From: the human T2T-CHM13v2.0 reference genome, Homo sapiens
DNA: 64,000 nucleotides
Strand: one strand, 5' to 3'
NCBI RefSeq assembly: GCF_009914755.1
Contig: NC_060927.1
This document shows, one piece after another, positions 49,570 through 63,857 of the stretch. Below the pieces are notes generated by a model that worked only from the letters and a program-made list of their open reading frames with translations, was not told where the DNA came from and did not search any database. A program made the position numbers and the translations under genes. Numbering within the stretch: position 1 is the first letter of the stretch; the number at the start of each line of letters is the position of its first letter.

Positions 49570-50494
49570 TATACCAGGATTTTAAAAACGCTATAGGTGT
49601 TGAAAAAAAAATCCTCAAAGAAGACGAGATGAATGGTTATTGATGGCGGGGCAGGGTGATGAGATTGTGTGTAGTTTCTTTTCTTGATTCAGCATTTTCT
49701 GTAATGGACTTGTCTTGCATTTATAACTGTAAAACGTAATGAGTAATGGAACAATTACTTGGTTCCAAAGCACAGAGTCCAACAGGGAAGGCTGGTGGAG
49801 AGCAAGCCCCTTTGTCAGCAGTGGAACAAGAGGGAAGGAGCCATCGAGGAGGGACTGATGAGATCTGACTAACTCCAGCACTAACGAAGCAGTGAGTGGG
49901 TGAAAAGAAATTGCGGGGCCTTGCAGGGGTCGAGGTGGGGAATGGAAAGATAAGGAATGCAAGATACACAGTTCTGTGGAAATCACTCAACAGTCAACAG
50001 ACCACTTCTGGTGGACGAACGTCAAATTCTGTCAAATCCCTCCTACCCTAAAGGTCAGGGAGAGGAGAGCTGAGGGCAGCCTCTAGGTGACCTGAAGAGG
50101 GGACATGCCCAGTAGGACATAGGAAGCCTGAGTGCAGGGGTCAGTACTGCCAATCTTTAACAGAGGATGCAGGGATTGACCAGAGCGCCCTGAGGCCACA
50201 GTGTCCAGCTCACAGTGTCTGTGATTTGCATTGCCCTTTTCTCTTGAAATTGTCTTCCTCATCCTCCACAGTGTGGTCAAAACGGCTTCCCCTCTGAGGC
50301 CTTCCTTCATTTCCCCCGCCTGGATGGCACATCTTTTATATGTGGGTCTACAGCTCGGTGCCACAGCTCAGAACTGATTTTGTTCCATCTGAAAACAGCG
50401 GAATATACACCTGTCAGCTGAGGAATGTTTAGGATGTTCCATATACCGTGCTTGGTTCCCAGTTGTCCCGGGCTGGGTTAGAGCCTGGCTCTGT

Positions 50495-50960
50495 GTATTT
50501 GTGCTCCAGTTACTTCATGCTGCATAATAAACATTCCAAAACTTAGGGGCTTTATTTTGCTTGCCTCTGTAGTATCAGCTAGGGCAGCCAGAAGGCTGGG
50601 GCAGGAATCTTCCGAGGCTTGCTCACTAATGGCTGGTGACTGGTGCTGGCTGCCAGCTGGGACCTTAGCTGGCACTGCTGGCTGGAACACCCACGAGTGT
50701 TCCTCCCTTTATGGCCTGGGCTTCTTCACAGCATGGTGGCTGGGCTCCGAGAGAGAAAGGAAGAGAGAGAGAACACATCAGACAGGAGGAAGCTGTATTT
50801 TCTCTTATGACCTAGCCTCAGAAGTCACACAATGTCACTCCCCTGTGTTTCATTGGTTAGAATCGAGTCACTAAAAGGGACTCATAGTCAAGGGAAGGGG
50901 AATGAGACTCTACCATTTCCTAGGAGGAATGTTGCAGACAGGTCTTCAACCCCCACTGTT
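50495..50960 (-). mobile_element. MLT1-type LTR
   Basis: gctgcataataaacattccaaaacttag...ggcttcttcacagcatggtggctggg...tatgacctagcctcagaagtcacacaatgtcact. Confidence 0.75.
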
Positions 50961-51377
50961 GGCCTTTGTTGTACGCCTCTTCTTTGTACCTAACATAGAG
51001 CCCTGAACAGAATATTAGGCAAAATTGCTGGTTGGGTCAAGTTGCCTTTTGGATTGGTACAGATCTGGGTGCAGAAGATAGATTGGAATGAACCCACTTC
51101 CTTCCCATTAAGTCACTCAGAAACACAAAATGTTTGGAGAAGTCAATCATTTTCTGCCTCCAGCTGCCCACAAGCTTGTGAGTTGACTAGGTCAAGTTTA
51201 CTGTCTACATTCTGTCCCCAGTTTCCCTACCCAGCCTTTCCCCCACTGCAGCATAATGTCAAACCCATCGTTTAATCAGACAGGTACCCTCACGGTCTCC
51301 CAGCAGGGGTACCCCCAGGCCTTTGCTCAGGTGGTTTCCTCTGCCTGGGACGCCCTCTCTGCTTCTCCCTACTTTCT

Positions 51378-51692
51378 GTTTTTTTGTTTTGTTTTGTTTT
51401 TTGTTTTTTGAGACAGAGTCTCACTATGACACCCAGGCTGGAGTGCAGTGATGTGATCTCTGCTCACTGCAACTTCTGCCTCTTGGTTTGAAGGGATTCT
51501 CACGCCTCAGCCTCCCGAGCAGCTGGGATTACAGGCATGCACCATCACGCCTGGCATATTTTTTAATTTTTTGGTAGAGATGGGGTTTTGCCCTGTTGGC
51601 CAGGCTGGTTTCAAACTCCTGGCCTCAAGTGATCCACCCGTCTTGGCCTCCCAAAGTGCTGGGATTACAGGTGTGAGCCACCGTGCCCGGCC
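51378..51692 (-). mobile_element. AluS/J
   Basis: TSD ttctcc(c/t)tactttct. Confidence 0.93.
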
Positions 51693-52216
51693 TTCTCCTT
51701 ACTTTCTCACTCCTATCCAGTCTTCACCACCCAGCTCAAAGAGCTTTCTTAGCATTTCCCTCTCATCACCGTCACTCACTCCCCAACCTTTGCCTCAGCA
51801 AAAAGAAGTGACTAACAAACCTGTATTCCCAAAGCCACAACCCTGCACCCATAAGGGAGCTCAGGGCAGCAAAGCCAAAGCCCCTGGCTCCAGGCAGCAA
51901 GGCAGAGTGGAGAGATCTGGACCACTGGAAAAACTAAAGCAAGAGGAGGTGGCTCCCTCTCGCGACAGCCAGTGCCACCAGAGGAAATTGAAGGATAGAC
52001 TGATCTCTTTAGAAAAGCATAAAAATACAAAATTTCATGTGAAATTCCTTAATTTGTAAAGGTTGATAACTAATTTAAAAATTTAGGCTGCAAATGAATC
52101 CCCTGGGCCACATTTGCCCCTCTCTCCCCTTCACAACTTTTGACTGAAAAGATTTGGGGCTGAGAGAAAGGGTTTAGGGAGGGCCTTGGGGAGTGTGGGG
52201 TTTTCTCTGAGGGCTA

Positions 52217-52712
<496 letters not shown>

Positions 52713-52719
52713 ATTGGGG

Positions 52720-55700
52720 TCAGGACAACCAAGGGATGCCCCAGTGGACCACCCGAGTGCCAAATATATTCTTGCCTGCCCCCATTGTGTAATCAGCAAC
52801 CCTGCTTTCTCCTGATGACCAGGGTCCCGTTACCCACGATGGGATGGTGGCTCTTCTCCCTGCTGGTCTCTCTGCACAAAGAGCCCAAAGTGACTGGAAA
52901 GCAGCCATAGCTAGGAGTTTGATGGAATCCTCAGAGTGTCACTGGTAGAAGTGTATCCTCCTCTGGGAACCAAGATCTCTAAACCACAGAGCTGTGGGAA
53001 TGGGACATTGAAACTGGTTAAGAGATCTTGTCCTGGAAGTGATGGTAAGTGGGGCGACTCAGGCTTCCACCCCTTGAATTCCAGGTGAACCACTCCTCTC
53101 AGGGAGTAGGGGCACAGTACCATACAATGCCTGTTGACTTAGAGTGTCAGGATACATAGCGCCCTCTCCAGCTGGTGCTTTGGCTGCCTGGACCTTCAGT
53201 GACCATTCCACCTCCGGCTGGCCTCTAGAGGATGAGGACGTGGTATCACCAGGGACCTCATGGTCACTTGCCTTTGCAAAGTAGGTCTCTTTGTCTCAAT
53301 GCTGCATGGGATCCTGTATTGGTAGACCACATATTCTGCAGGTGCTGGCCAAGGTCTGTGGGCATAATAGGTGAATCCATGCCCACAGTATGGGTCAATT
53401 CCACCCAGAGTGAATTGCTGCTCCTTCCAAGGTGGAAGGGTTCAAATGTTGAACTAGTCACTGAAAGGCTGGCTCGGCTCCCTAAGGGTTGTTGCCATTT
53501 CGGCCTCAGTGTTGGTCTCTGGGGCTGTCAGGTTAGACACTGGATAGTGGCAGTTGCTGCATCACCTTGGAGAGTGGAAGGCTATGGTGTCCAGCCCATG
53601 CGCAATCCTCCATCCGTTCTGCCTTGATGCGTGTGAAAGAACCCAGCTAGTGGTAGCATGCACTGTTCTGTGGTAACTACTCTGTTCATGTACCCATGTG
53701 GCCAGTGATGGAGGCTGGGAAAGTCACTCTGACCATGTGGCTGTTCAGTGCCTTTCCTGTAGTGGGTGCTCTGTGGTGGACATTGCTGTGCGATACGATT
53801 TGGTGCCCATTCCTGTGGGCCCATCCTCTTGTCTTGCAGGTCACGCTGTGCCCCTTCCCGAGGGTCCATCCAGGTGCCTCTTTCCCAGCACTCCTTAGTC
53901 TCTTTCTTCCAATTTTTCTCTTCTGGGCCCCTGAGGAACTAGCGCAGCCATTTTCTGCTGCCTGCACACCTGCGTAAATTCTAATTTAAGACCACTTCTC
54001 TTTCTATGGGGAGGGTTTTCCCTGCTGCTTTTCAGGGCTGCCCCTGGATGGAGTTGTGGTCAATTTTTGGCCCTCACCCACAAATTAGGCTGAGTTATTT
54101 GTGAACCAAATGCAGCCTTCCACCCAAGCCCCCAACTCATGGTCATTGGTGTGGCCTGAAGGAAGGAGGGGTGGTCCTGGTGCCAGAGTGTGCAGATGAC
54201 ATGAGGTCTGGGCCATCTGCTTGTACAGGTGACTTGTGCCCTCTGGCCCTGCTTGGACCTAATCTTGGAGGTGCCACTTCCATCTTATGATGGCTTCCTG
54301 CTGAGTCTGACCTTCTGCTTTGGTAGATGTGAAAGAACCCAGCTCATGATGGCAGCCTTGGCTGTGTAAGGGAGGAAATATTTCACCTCTACTCTCTTAG
54401 AGTGTTTTGGCTGAGCCTGAGAATTAAGTTGATTTAAGATGGATCAGTAGGAGAAAAGCATACAAATTTATTTCATACAAGTTTTATGTGGCACAGGAGT
54501 CTTCATAAGGAAATGAAGGCCTGAAGCCACAGTTAGAGTTGAACGCTTATGAACTGAATTGAGCAAAGAATAAAAAGTTGTAAAAAAGCAGCTGAACTAT
54601 GTGGGGAGGCTAAAAGAAGATAAGTGATTTTCACTAGCTTTGTTCAGAATTCTCTCAGTCTCAGCTTCTCATCCTTGATGATAACACTGTTACTTTCCTT
54701 CTAGTATGGGGAGGGCATCTTTCATAGGGGAACTTCATCTGCTTTTAAGAAACAGCATGGAGCCTGGAGTGATATTCTTGCACTTGCTGTTTCTCAAGTG
54801 CCTTTCACTCAAAGGAGTCGACATGCCAGAGTGGAATACTTTGGATTGGCATGTTCTTACTTCCTTTAGCTGTGTGGTCACTTTAAGTCCCATGGCCAGG
54901 GCTCAGGAACTTGCTAGGTCCTGTTTTTCAGAAAGTATGTAATTCTCCACTGCAGATGGCATGGCCTTCCTGCAGAATCCTAGTCAGCTACATTGATCCT
55001 TCTATTGAGACTTATTACAAACTGCAAACAACATCTTTTCCCACCACAGATACCTCTAATACCAGAGGGTCTGCTGGTCCATAAAGCCCAAGTGGCTGGG
55101 CCCCTTGTACTGCAGCCTGGACCTGCTGCACGGCTCTTTCCTGCTCAGGGACCCGCTCAAGCTGGCTCTGGGCCTGCCCATCAGTACCTGGTTCCAAGCA
55201 GTATTCACAAGTGTGTCATATGCAGCCTTCGAGTCTGAAGAAGCTGACCAGGCATTATACTTCCTTCTTAGGGAGAGGTACAAGAAGCCATAATGTGCTC
55301 GTTACTTAGGAGGGGTGTTCTGGAATGCCTTGGACCCCTGGGCTCCTAAACACTTGCCCGATCTGGTGGGTGCCTGAGTCCCCATAGGAATTCTCTCCCA
55401 TCCCCTGGAATGTGCATGTCTTATTGACATCTCTGACATGCTAGTCACTTCTTGATCCTCTCTTCCAATGACATGATCTCCTCAGTGCAGTGGATCAAGG
55501 ATGCTCTGAGGTCTGTTGACATGAGATAGGTCCCCACATTACAACAGAGGACAGGGGAGTTAACACAGCCCTTGGGCAAGGTCAGCAATGTGCACTGCTG
55601 CCTATCCCAAGGGGATGTGACTTGTTTCTGATCCCCTTTTCTTATAAAAATGTAAAAAAAAAAAAAAGGAAAATGCATTTGCCAGATTATGGCTGCATAC

Positions 55701-56110
55701 TGTGTATGTGAGGCCTTATTAATCTGCTGTAGCAAAGATACTACATTTGGCAACAGCCACTGAGGCTACGACTTGGTTAAGTTTGCAGTAGTTCACTGTC
55801 ATCTTCCAGGACCTGTCTTTTATGAGGGACCACCACCTCTCCATCTTTTAGAATGTTTAACAGTGGAACTAGTCATTGCCAGTCCTCCAGGTATGTGATA
55901 CGGTCGGTAGGGGGTCCATTTGGCCCTTTCTACTATGGTAGCTCCCACCCTACAGCCAAGGAACTAATAATGGGGTTTTGCTTCCAAATATCTCCATTAC
56001 GCGATTAGAGGAATGACCACCAATCCTCTTCATAGATGAACCATGTAGACCCTCTGTGAGCTGGGCTAGGAATCCATTTATTACCTCAGAGGTTGTTGTT
56101 AAGGTCAAAT
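52720..56110 (-). mobile_element. Decayed ERVL internal region (RT, integrase and dUTPase remnants)
   Basis: 55445-55753 VVSLLQQIN...YAAI...QKQ...QQCTLLTLPKGCVNSPVLC resembles ERVL RT (VVSLLEQIN...WYAAID...QQYTFTVLPQGYINSPALC). 52911-53123 GLEILVPRGG...DTLRIP resembles ERVL dUTPase. Many stops and frameshifts. Confidence 0.8.
54365..54868 (-). mobile_element. ERV1 solo LTR (MER34-like) nested in the ERVL remnant
   Basis: Minus strand starts taaaggaagtaagaacatgccaatccaaagtattccactctggcat and ends ...ttaca; 4-bp TSD GCTG (54361-54364 / 54869-54872). Confidence 0.8.
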
Positions 56111-56127
56111 AAGATAATACAGGAGAT

Positions 56128-56489
<362 letters not shown>

Positions 56490-57589
56490 TCAACAACCAT
56501 TGATCGAACATCTACGTTGTACTGGACACCGTGCCAGGTGCTGGAGTGTTCAAAAAGGCGTACATGATTCTATGAGGTGAAAATTTCATACCCATGAGCT
56601 GGGATGAGCAGCTCTGCACTGATGCTTAACAGACAGTAAATACTGCACAACTGAGGCAGGGCTCAAGCTAGGAAGGAAAACTCAGCACACTAGTAGCTGG
56701 AGACCTCAACTCCAAGACTTTATGACAATCCTTCCTGCTGGTCTAGACTGCAGCGGAGAAAAATGAATATTGCTCAGAAGTTACCTGGAAGCTCTGCCAG
56801 GGAGGGGGAATGCACCCTAGGGGGAGATCCTGGGCTTTGGAACCAACTTCTCTGGGCTGGAATCCTGCCACTGCCAGATAAATGGATTGTGTGCATCCCT
56901 GGGCAGGTTACAATGCCTCTGAGCTTCAGTTTCCTCATCTATAAAATGGGTATAATGACTCCTGCTTTGCAGAGTTGTAATTGTAAATGAGCTGCTATAA
57001 AATATGTAAGTGTTTGGCATAGTTCCAGATACAGCTTTTCCTGAATGCACGCTTTATTTTATCAAGAATTCTTCACTCTATTCCTCCATAGGGCCTCTTG
57101 CCTTCAGGATTGATGGAGCTTTGACCAAGCCCCAAATCAGCTTTATGCAGGACTGTCAAAGCTGGGTCCTCCAGGACTTAATTTTCCAGCTCACTGGGAA
57201 GGCCCCTTACCTCCAAATGCAGCTCTTCCTCTGGCCTGCCTGGGCTTGACATTCCACCAAAGCCAGTTCTTCGCACCTTTTTCATCTCCAGGAAGCCCCT
57301 GTCCATCACTAACATCTGCTGATTGTATGGCACTTGCTTTATCCTGTTCAAACTACCTTTTGGTCTTTCCAATAGCCTTGGGAAGTAAATTGGAGATTCG
57401 TTCCAAGGTTACTCAGCTGGAAAGGGAGGAGCTGGGATTTGAACCTAACATTCCCTGTGAAGTTCTCAGCTAGAAGCAGTCTGAGTTCTTAACTCCAGGC
57501 ACTACTATGTTGCCTTGCGAGCCACATGCTACCACTCTAGGTAAGGTACAAACAAGTTAATCATTATCAGTTAAAAATAAAATATTAAG

Positions 57590-58169
<580 letters not shown>

Positions 58170-58267
58170 AAGAGCTTTCCCTGTGTCTCAGGTGCCCTGT
58201 CTACATCATATCTACCCCAGTGTCTCCAGACCTCAAAACAGTGCCTGACCCATAGAATTTTATGAGA

Positions 58268-58291
58268 ATAGATAGATAGATAGATAGATAG
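58268..58291. repeat. (ATAG)n STR
   Basis: Directly visible. Confidence 0.9.
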
Positions 58292-59363
58292 GTCACTGTC
58301 CTTTATGTTTCAGGCTGTCTGCTAAGTGCTTAACATCTAATTTATCTTATTTAGTCCTCCTAGCAGCCTTCCAAGGTGTCGCTGGCTCCATTTTACATAC
58401 AAGAACAACAAGGAGAAGTTGAATACCTTGCCCACATTCACACATTTGTTTGGCAGCAGAGCCTGAAATAGAGCCCCAGACGCAGGATTCCAGGGCCTGA
58501 TCCCAAGCCCTTAAGCACTACGCCTCACTGCCATCCACATGAAAAATGATCTAGGAAATGTTTACAAGACGAAGCGTGGAGAAGTCACTGCAGACAAGGG
58601 AGCCAGCCTGAGGACAGACCAAAGGGGTGAAGCTGCCCTGTGTGTTCAGAGTCACTGGAGAACAAAACGTGAGAGAGGCCACACAGCTGACAGCAGGGGC
58701 ACTGCCTCTAGTGAGAACACCCTCCAGGGAGTGTGCGAGCTGGAGCTTGTGGCGTCATTTGAAAGCACTCTTCTTGGCCCTGCCTTTGGGGAACAGTGTC
58801 CAGGTTCCAGCATCACCACCAGTCACCTCCTACCACCAGGCCCAACTGCCAAGGGAGCAGGCGGCGCCACTGCCTCCAGCATCTGCCCGGGAGGTCCTGG
58901 CATGGAGGGCTGCCTCTTCTGTGGAATGTCTGTGGTCACAGTGGTAATCAGAGAAGTGGGTTTATGTTTCTGGGTTAAAAAAACAAACAAGCGCAAACAG
59001 CTTCTAACCTGCCTGGATCCGGGAAGCCGTGAGGTGCACTGTGTACCAGGAGTGTGGCTCTGGAGTAATAATCTGAGGCAGGACCCCAGCTCCCCCACTT
59101 TCCTCTCCTGTGAGGCTTGGACTGATCTCTTAACCACCTACTGAAGGTACAATTTCTCAGTTTTTCCTATTGTAACTTGGCACACACAATACTCTTTGTT
59201 GACAGCTGGCTCTAAAGGCAGCGGGCACAGCCCCACTCAATATCACGTGTCCTATAATGATAACTCTTGGCATAACACCCTGGAGGTACTAACCGGTGTG
59301 CTCCCCCAGTCTCAGGACAGATTCCCCCAGAACCTAGGTCAAGAATTTGGGTGCCAGCAATTT

Positions 59364-59641
59364 TTTTTTTTTTTTTGAGACAGGGTCTCACTCTGTCACC
59401 CAGGCTGCAGTGCATTGGCACCATCTCAGCAGCCTCCACCTCCTTGGTTGAAGCAATTCTTGTGCCACACTTCCCGAGTAGCTGGGATAACAGGCATGTG
59501 CCACCATCCCTGGCTAATCTTTGTATTTTAAATACAGATGGGGTTTCACCATGTTGCCCAAGCGGGTCTTGAACTCCTGACTTCAAGCGAACTGCTTACC
59601 TTGGCCTTCCAAAATGCTGGGATTATAGGCAAGAGCCTGGC
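59364..59641 (-). mobile_element. Diverged Alu, probably nested in an old ERVL-type LTR
   Basis: TSD TGGGTGCCAGCAATTT (59348-59363 / 59642-59657). Confidence 0.9.
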
Positions 59642-60412
59642 TGGGTGCCAGCAATTTATTAAGGGAGTCTTCCCAGGACAGCCCAGTAAGGGAGGGAGTG
59701 GAGAAAGCAAGTGAGGTAAGGGGGAGAAGCCTGGCCAGGGGAAGGTTTCAGAAGGGACAGCCTCAGCCAGGTCCCTGGGGAGCTCTGGGTTTGTCTTGCC
59801 TGAAGGCACAGGAGCTGGTGTTTGTCCCTGACAGCAGTCAGTTATTGGCCACAGGCTGCTGGGGGTGGAGCGGGGATGTAAAACTCCCAGACTCTCCACA
59901 AGGGCCCAGTGGCTGTGGTGCCCAGGTCTTGGAGGGGTCGGTCCCAAGGAGCAAACACAAAGAAGCTGGGGAGGGACCACACAGCTGTGAAAGGGGTTGG
60001 AAGAGATCTGCATGAACTTGAATTTCCACACTTGTATTCTAAGGTCCTTCGCCAAGGGCTGGGACCAGGACTCATGACTTTGCCAGAGAATAAAGTTGAC
60101 AAAATCTTGACGTTTACATTTGAAAGCCTTCATCAGGTGTAAGACAGAAGATGTTTGGAAGAAAACATGACCTAGTTTCTCTCCCCAAGATAACTGCCTG
60201 GCCTTGGAAGGGCCCCCTGCCCGCAGGGCACCCTAGTTGGCTGTATTTGAGGCCAGGTTGGAGTTCTCTCCAGGATATGAGGATCAGACAGTGTCTTCTG
60301 GCTGCTGTTGGGGGGCAGCCAGAGGGAACTGATGCTCAGAGGGGTTAGGTACCTTGCCCAAGGACATGAGCAGGTGAGTGGAGCTGGGATTTGAATGTGT
60401 AACTGCAATGCT

Positions 60413-60940
60413 TGTATTTGTTATCTATTGATGCATAACAAATTACTCCAAACTGTAGTGGCATTAAACAACAAACATTTACTATCCCGCAGTTTCAGTG
60501 GGTCAGGAATTCAGAAGCAGCTTAGCCGAGTGGTTCTGGCTCAGGGTCTCTCGTGAAGTTGTAGTCAAGTTATCAGCCAGGGATGCAGTCATCTAAAGGC
60601 TCAACCGGGGCTGGAGGATCGAATACCAAGCAGATCACTCACACCCCTCATGACTGGAGGCTTCGGTTCCTTGCCACTGTGTTGTTCCTAGGGCTGCTTG
60701 ATTATGCCCATGATTTGGCAGCTGGCTTCCCCCAGAGCAAGAAGCCCAAGAGAGACAGCAAGTAGGAAGCCAAAATGCCTTGTATGTCCCAATCTTGACA
60801 TCACACACCACCTCTTCTGCACATTTTATTGGTTAGAAGCAAGTCACTAAGGACACCCACACTTAAGGCAAGGGGAATTCGTCCCACTGTATAAAGCGAG
60901 ATGTATCAGACAAATTAAGGGTTTGTTTTAAAACCCCACA
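60413..60940 (-). mobile_element. MLT1-type solo LTR
   Basis: tgtatttgttatctattgatgcataacaaattactccaaa...gggtcaggaattc...ggttctggctcagggtctctc...tttaaaaccccaca. Confidence 0.85.
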
Positions 60941-61798
60941 GTCTATACAGCTGTTCCCCGGCTTGCAGATGGGCTCAGGAGTGCTGCTGATTAAGGACCC
61001 CTGTGTCATTCTGCCACTCAAGGGGACGCTCCCCTACTCTCATGCTGCACACCTCTTGCCCAGGCCTGGAACTCCTGGCCAGTTCTGCCCTCCAAATCTC
61101 CTCTCGGCTTCTTCAAGCATCTCAGTTCCATTTCCAGGGATGGGTGAGAGATGCTCTGAGACCTGTGGGACTAGGTGTCTCAGAAGTTCACATTTGTGGA
61201 AAAGAGGTTCAATTGGCCACATCCACCAAGTAGAGTTGGAGGTGTCTCTGTAGGGGTGAGGCAGAGTGTCTCTGACCAGAAGATCCAGTCCCCATGAAAG
61301 ACTCATCCAGCGCTCAGCATACAGAACCTTTGATCTGAGGACCAAGAAGTACTTAGTCTCATCACCTCATTTATCTCTCTAGGGTATCTGTGAGCCAGCT
61401 GGGAAAACTGGGGGAGAGGTGGTTTTTCCTGACCTAGTTTCAAGGAGGTCAAGCTGAGGCTAGAACACAGGTGACCACTGGCAGCCTCTGCCGAGCCTTC
61501 TGCCACTCTGGGCTTTGCATTGGGGTGTGGTGGCATGAGGGTTTGCCTCGCAGGCCTCCAGTTACGGCAGTACAGCTGGCCCAGGGCCCCCCTGGCTCTA
61601 GAATCCATCCCCTGGCTTGTGCTGACGTCAAGACGGAGTGCAGCAGGGATACTAAAGCTGGCCCGAGCCTGGAAGCTGGGGGATTCCTCCCCTACCTTTG
61701 GCTCAAGGATTCCCCGATGACTTTACTGAACCTCCCCTAGACGGCACAGCAGTCCAGGGTGCTCCTACTCAGCCTGCCTTTCTCCTTCACTGGGAGTC

Positions 61799-61982
61799 AG
61801 GGTTGCCAGATGCAACACAGGACGCCCAGGAAAATCTGAATACTAGATAAACAAAGAATTATTCGTGTAAGTGTGGCTCAAACATTGCATGGGATATTCT
61901 TATACTAAAAAGATTATTTGTTGTTTATCTGAAATTCATATTTACCTGATTATCCTGGCTATTTGACAAATTTGGTGACCCT
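61799..61982. mobile_element. MER53 palindromic MITE
   Basis: Termini agggttgccaga...tttggtgaccct; internal arms agataaacaa / ttgtttatct around catgggatattcttatactaaaa. Confidence 0.85.
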
Positions 61983-62336
61983 CTTTGGGGTCAGACTCAC
62001 ACTGTAGCCTGGTCTGCTCCTTCTTACTTTCTGTCATATATGCATTTCCTCCAACAAAATCTTTTCCTGTTTAATCCTTTCTTAATCTCTGTTTCTCAGA
62101 GGACTGGGACTAACACAGTGGGGATGGCGGGGTGGGGCGGGGCGGGGTGGGGTGAACGTTTGCAATGTGGGCAGGCTTGATTTACAAACATCTAGTTTCA
62201 TTAGAGCTGGCGTGGTCCTGGGAGTGGGATCCTCTTTGGCTGCTCAAAGTCACAGTAGTGAGGGAAAGGGGAGCTACTCTCCCAGGGTCCAAGTTGAAAT
62301 GCAGCTTCCCTTTCAAGCGTAAAGAAGTTCTGGAAC

Positions 62337-62490
62337 AGTTCTCTAACTTTAGGATGCCCAAGAATTCCGTGGGGAATACAAAGGAAATGCAGCTTCCAGG
62401 GTCTATCCCCTGAGAGATTCCATTTCTGTGGGTCTGGGGATGGGATCAGCAATTTGCATTTTTGCAGGCTTCACAGGTGATTCTGAAACC
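62337..62490. mobile_element. MER5-like hAT fossil
   Basis: cagttctctaacttt...aaatgcag...gggtctggggatggg...aatttgcattttt...caggtgattctga. Confidence 0.65.
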
Positions 62491-62646
62491 ATCACAGGGA
62501 AAATAACTCTGCATATGTTGTAAAACTTTCCATGGATGCCAGTGCCCATGCTTATTTGATGCTCTCCCCAGCTGATAATTGATTAGTGTTTAGTAGTGAA
62601 GGTATCAAGGCTAGGAGTAAGTTTGCTTTCCCTTCTTCCCTCCACC

Positions 62647-62943
62647 TTTTTTTTTTTTTTTTGACAGAGTCTCATTATGTCGCCCAGGCTGGAGTGCAGT
62701 GGTGCCATCTCTACTCACCGCAATCTCTGCCTCCTGGGTTCAAGCGATTCTCGTGCTTCAGCCTCCCTAGTAGCCAGGATTACAGGCGTGCACCACCACG
62801 CCCAGCTAATTTTTGTATTTTTTAGTAGAGACAGGGTTTCACCATGTTGGCCAGGCTGGTCTCCAACTCCTGACCTCAGGTGATCCGCCCGCCTTGACCT
62901 CCCAAAGTGCCGGGATTACAGGCACGAGCCACCGCACCCGGCC
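62647..62943 (-). mobile_element. AluS
   Basis: Full Alu consensus. Confidence 0.95.
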
Positions 62944-63040
62944 TCACACTTATTTTTTGAAGCCCTTCTCTAGGTTAGAAAAAAATTGCTAAGAGTTTTG
63001 GTGCCTGAGAAGGAATGGTATGCTTTTTAACATCTGATAA

Positions 63041-63455
<415 letters not shown>

Positions 63456-63828
63456 TTTAAATCAGGATTCCTGACACAAGGAATTCTTGCCTGCTGCCAA
63501 GCAAAGGCACATGCATGGACTTCATTACATTGTTACTGTTCTTCCATTCCAGGCCTTGAGAGTGGATTGTTTCTTTGTTTCTTATTGTAAACAGCAGCCT
63601 CCAGTCGTTTCAGAAGTAAGCACCGTAAAAACCAGTCCTCACTTATCTGACTCCTGAGAGTTGGAGGTGCTTCCAGTGGGCCAGGTTAATCTGTTTCTGT
63701 GCTTCCGTGGGAGGTTTAAAGCTGCAGAGAGGGTGTGGCAAAACAGGTGCCACCCTTGCAGGCAGAGCTGGGTGGAGGTGGATGGTGTAACCAGTGTGTT
63801 TGGAATGGGTGTTGGCTAATTCTGATCC

Positions 63829-63857
63829 CAGGCAGGCAGGCAGGCAGGCAGGCAGGC
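63829..63857. repeat. (CAGG)n STR
   Basis: Directly visible. Confidence 0.9.

Noticed and set aside
55445-55753. Reverse-transcriptase-like ORF as a novel RT system
   Set aside because: Frameshifted ERVL pol remnant with no intact YxDD motif in the ORF.
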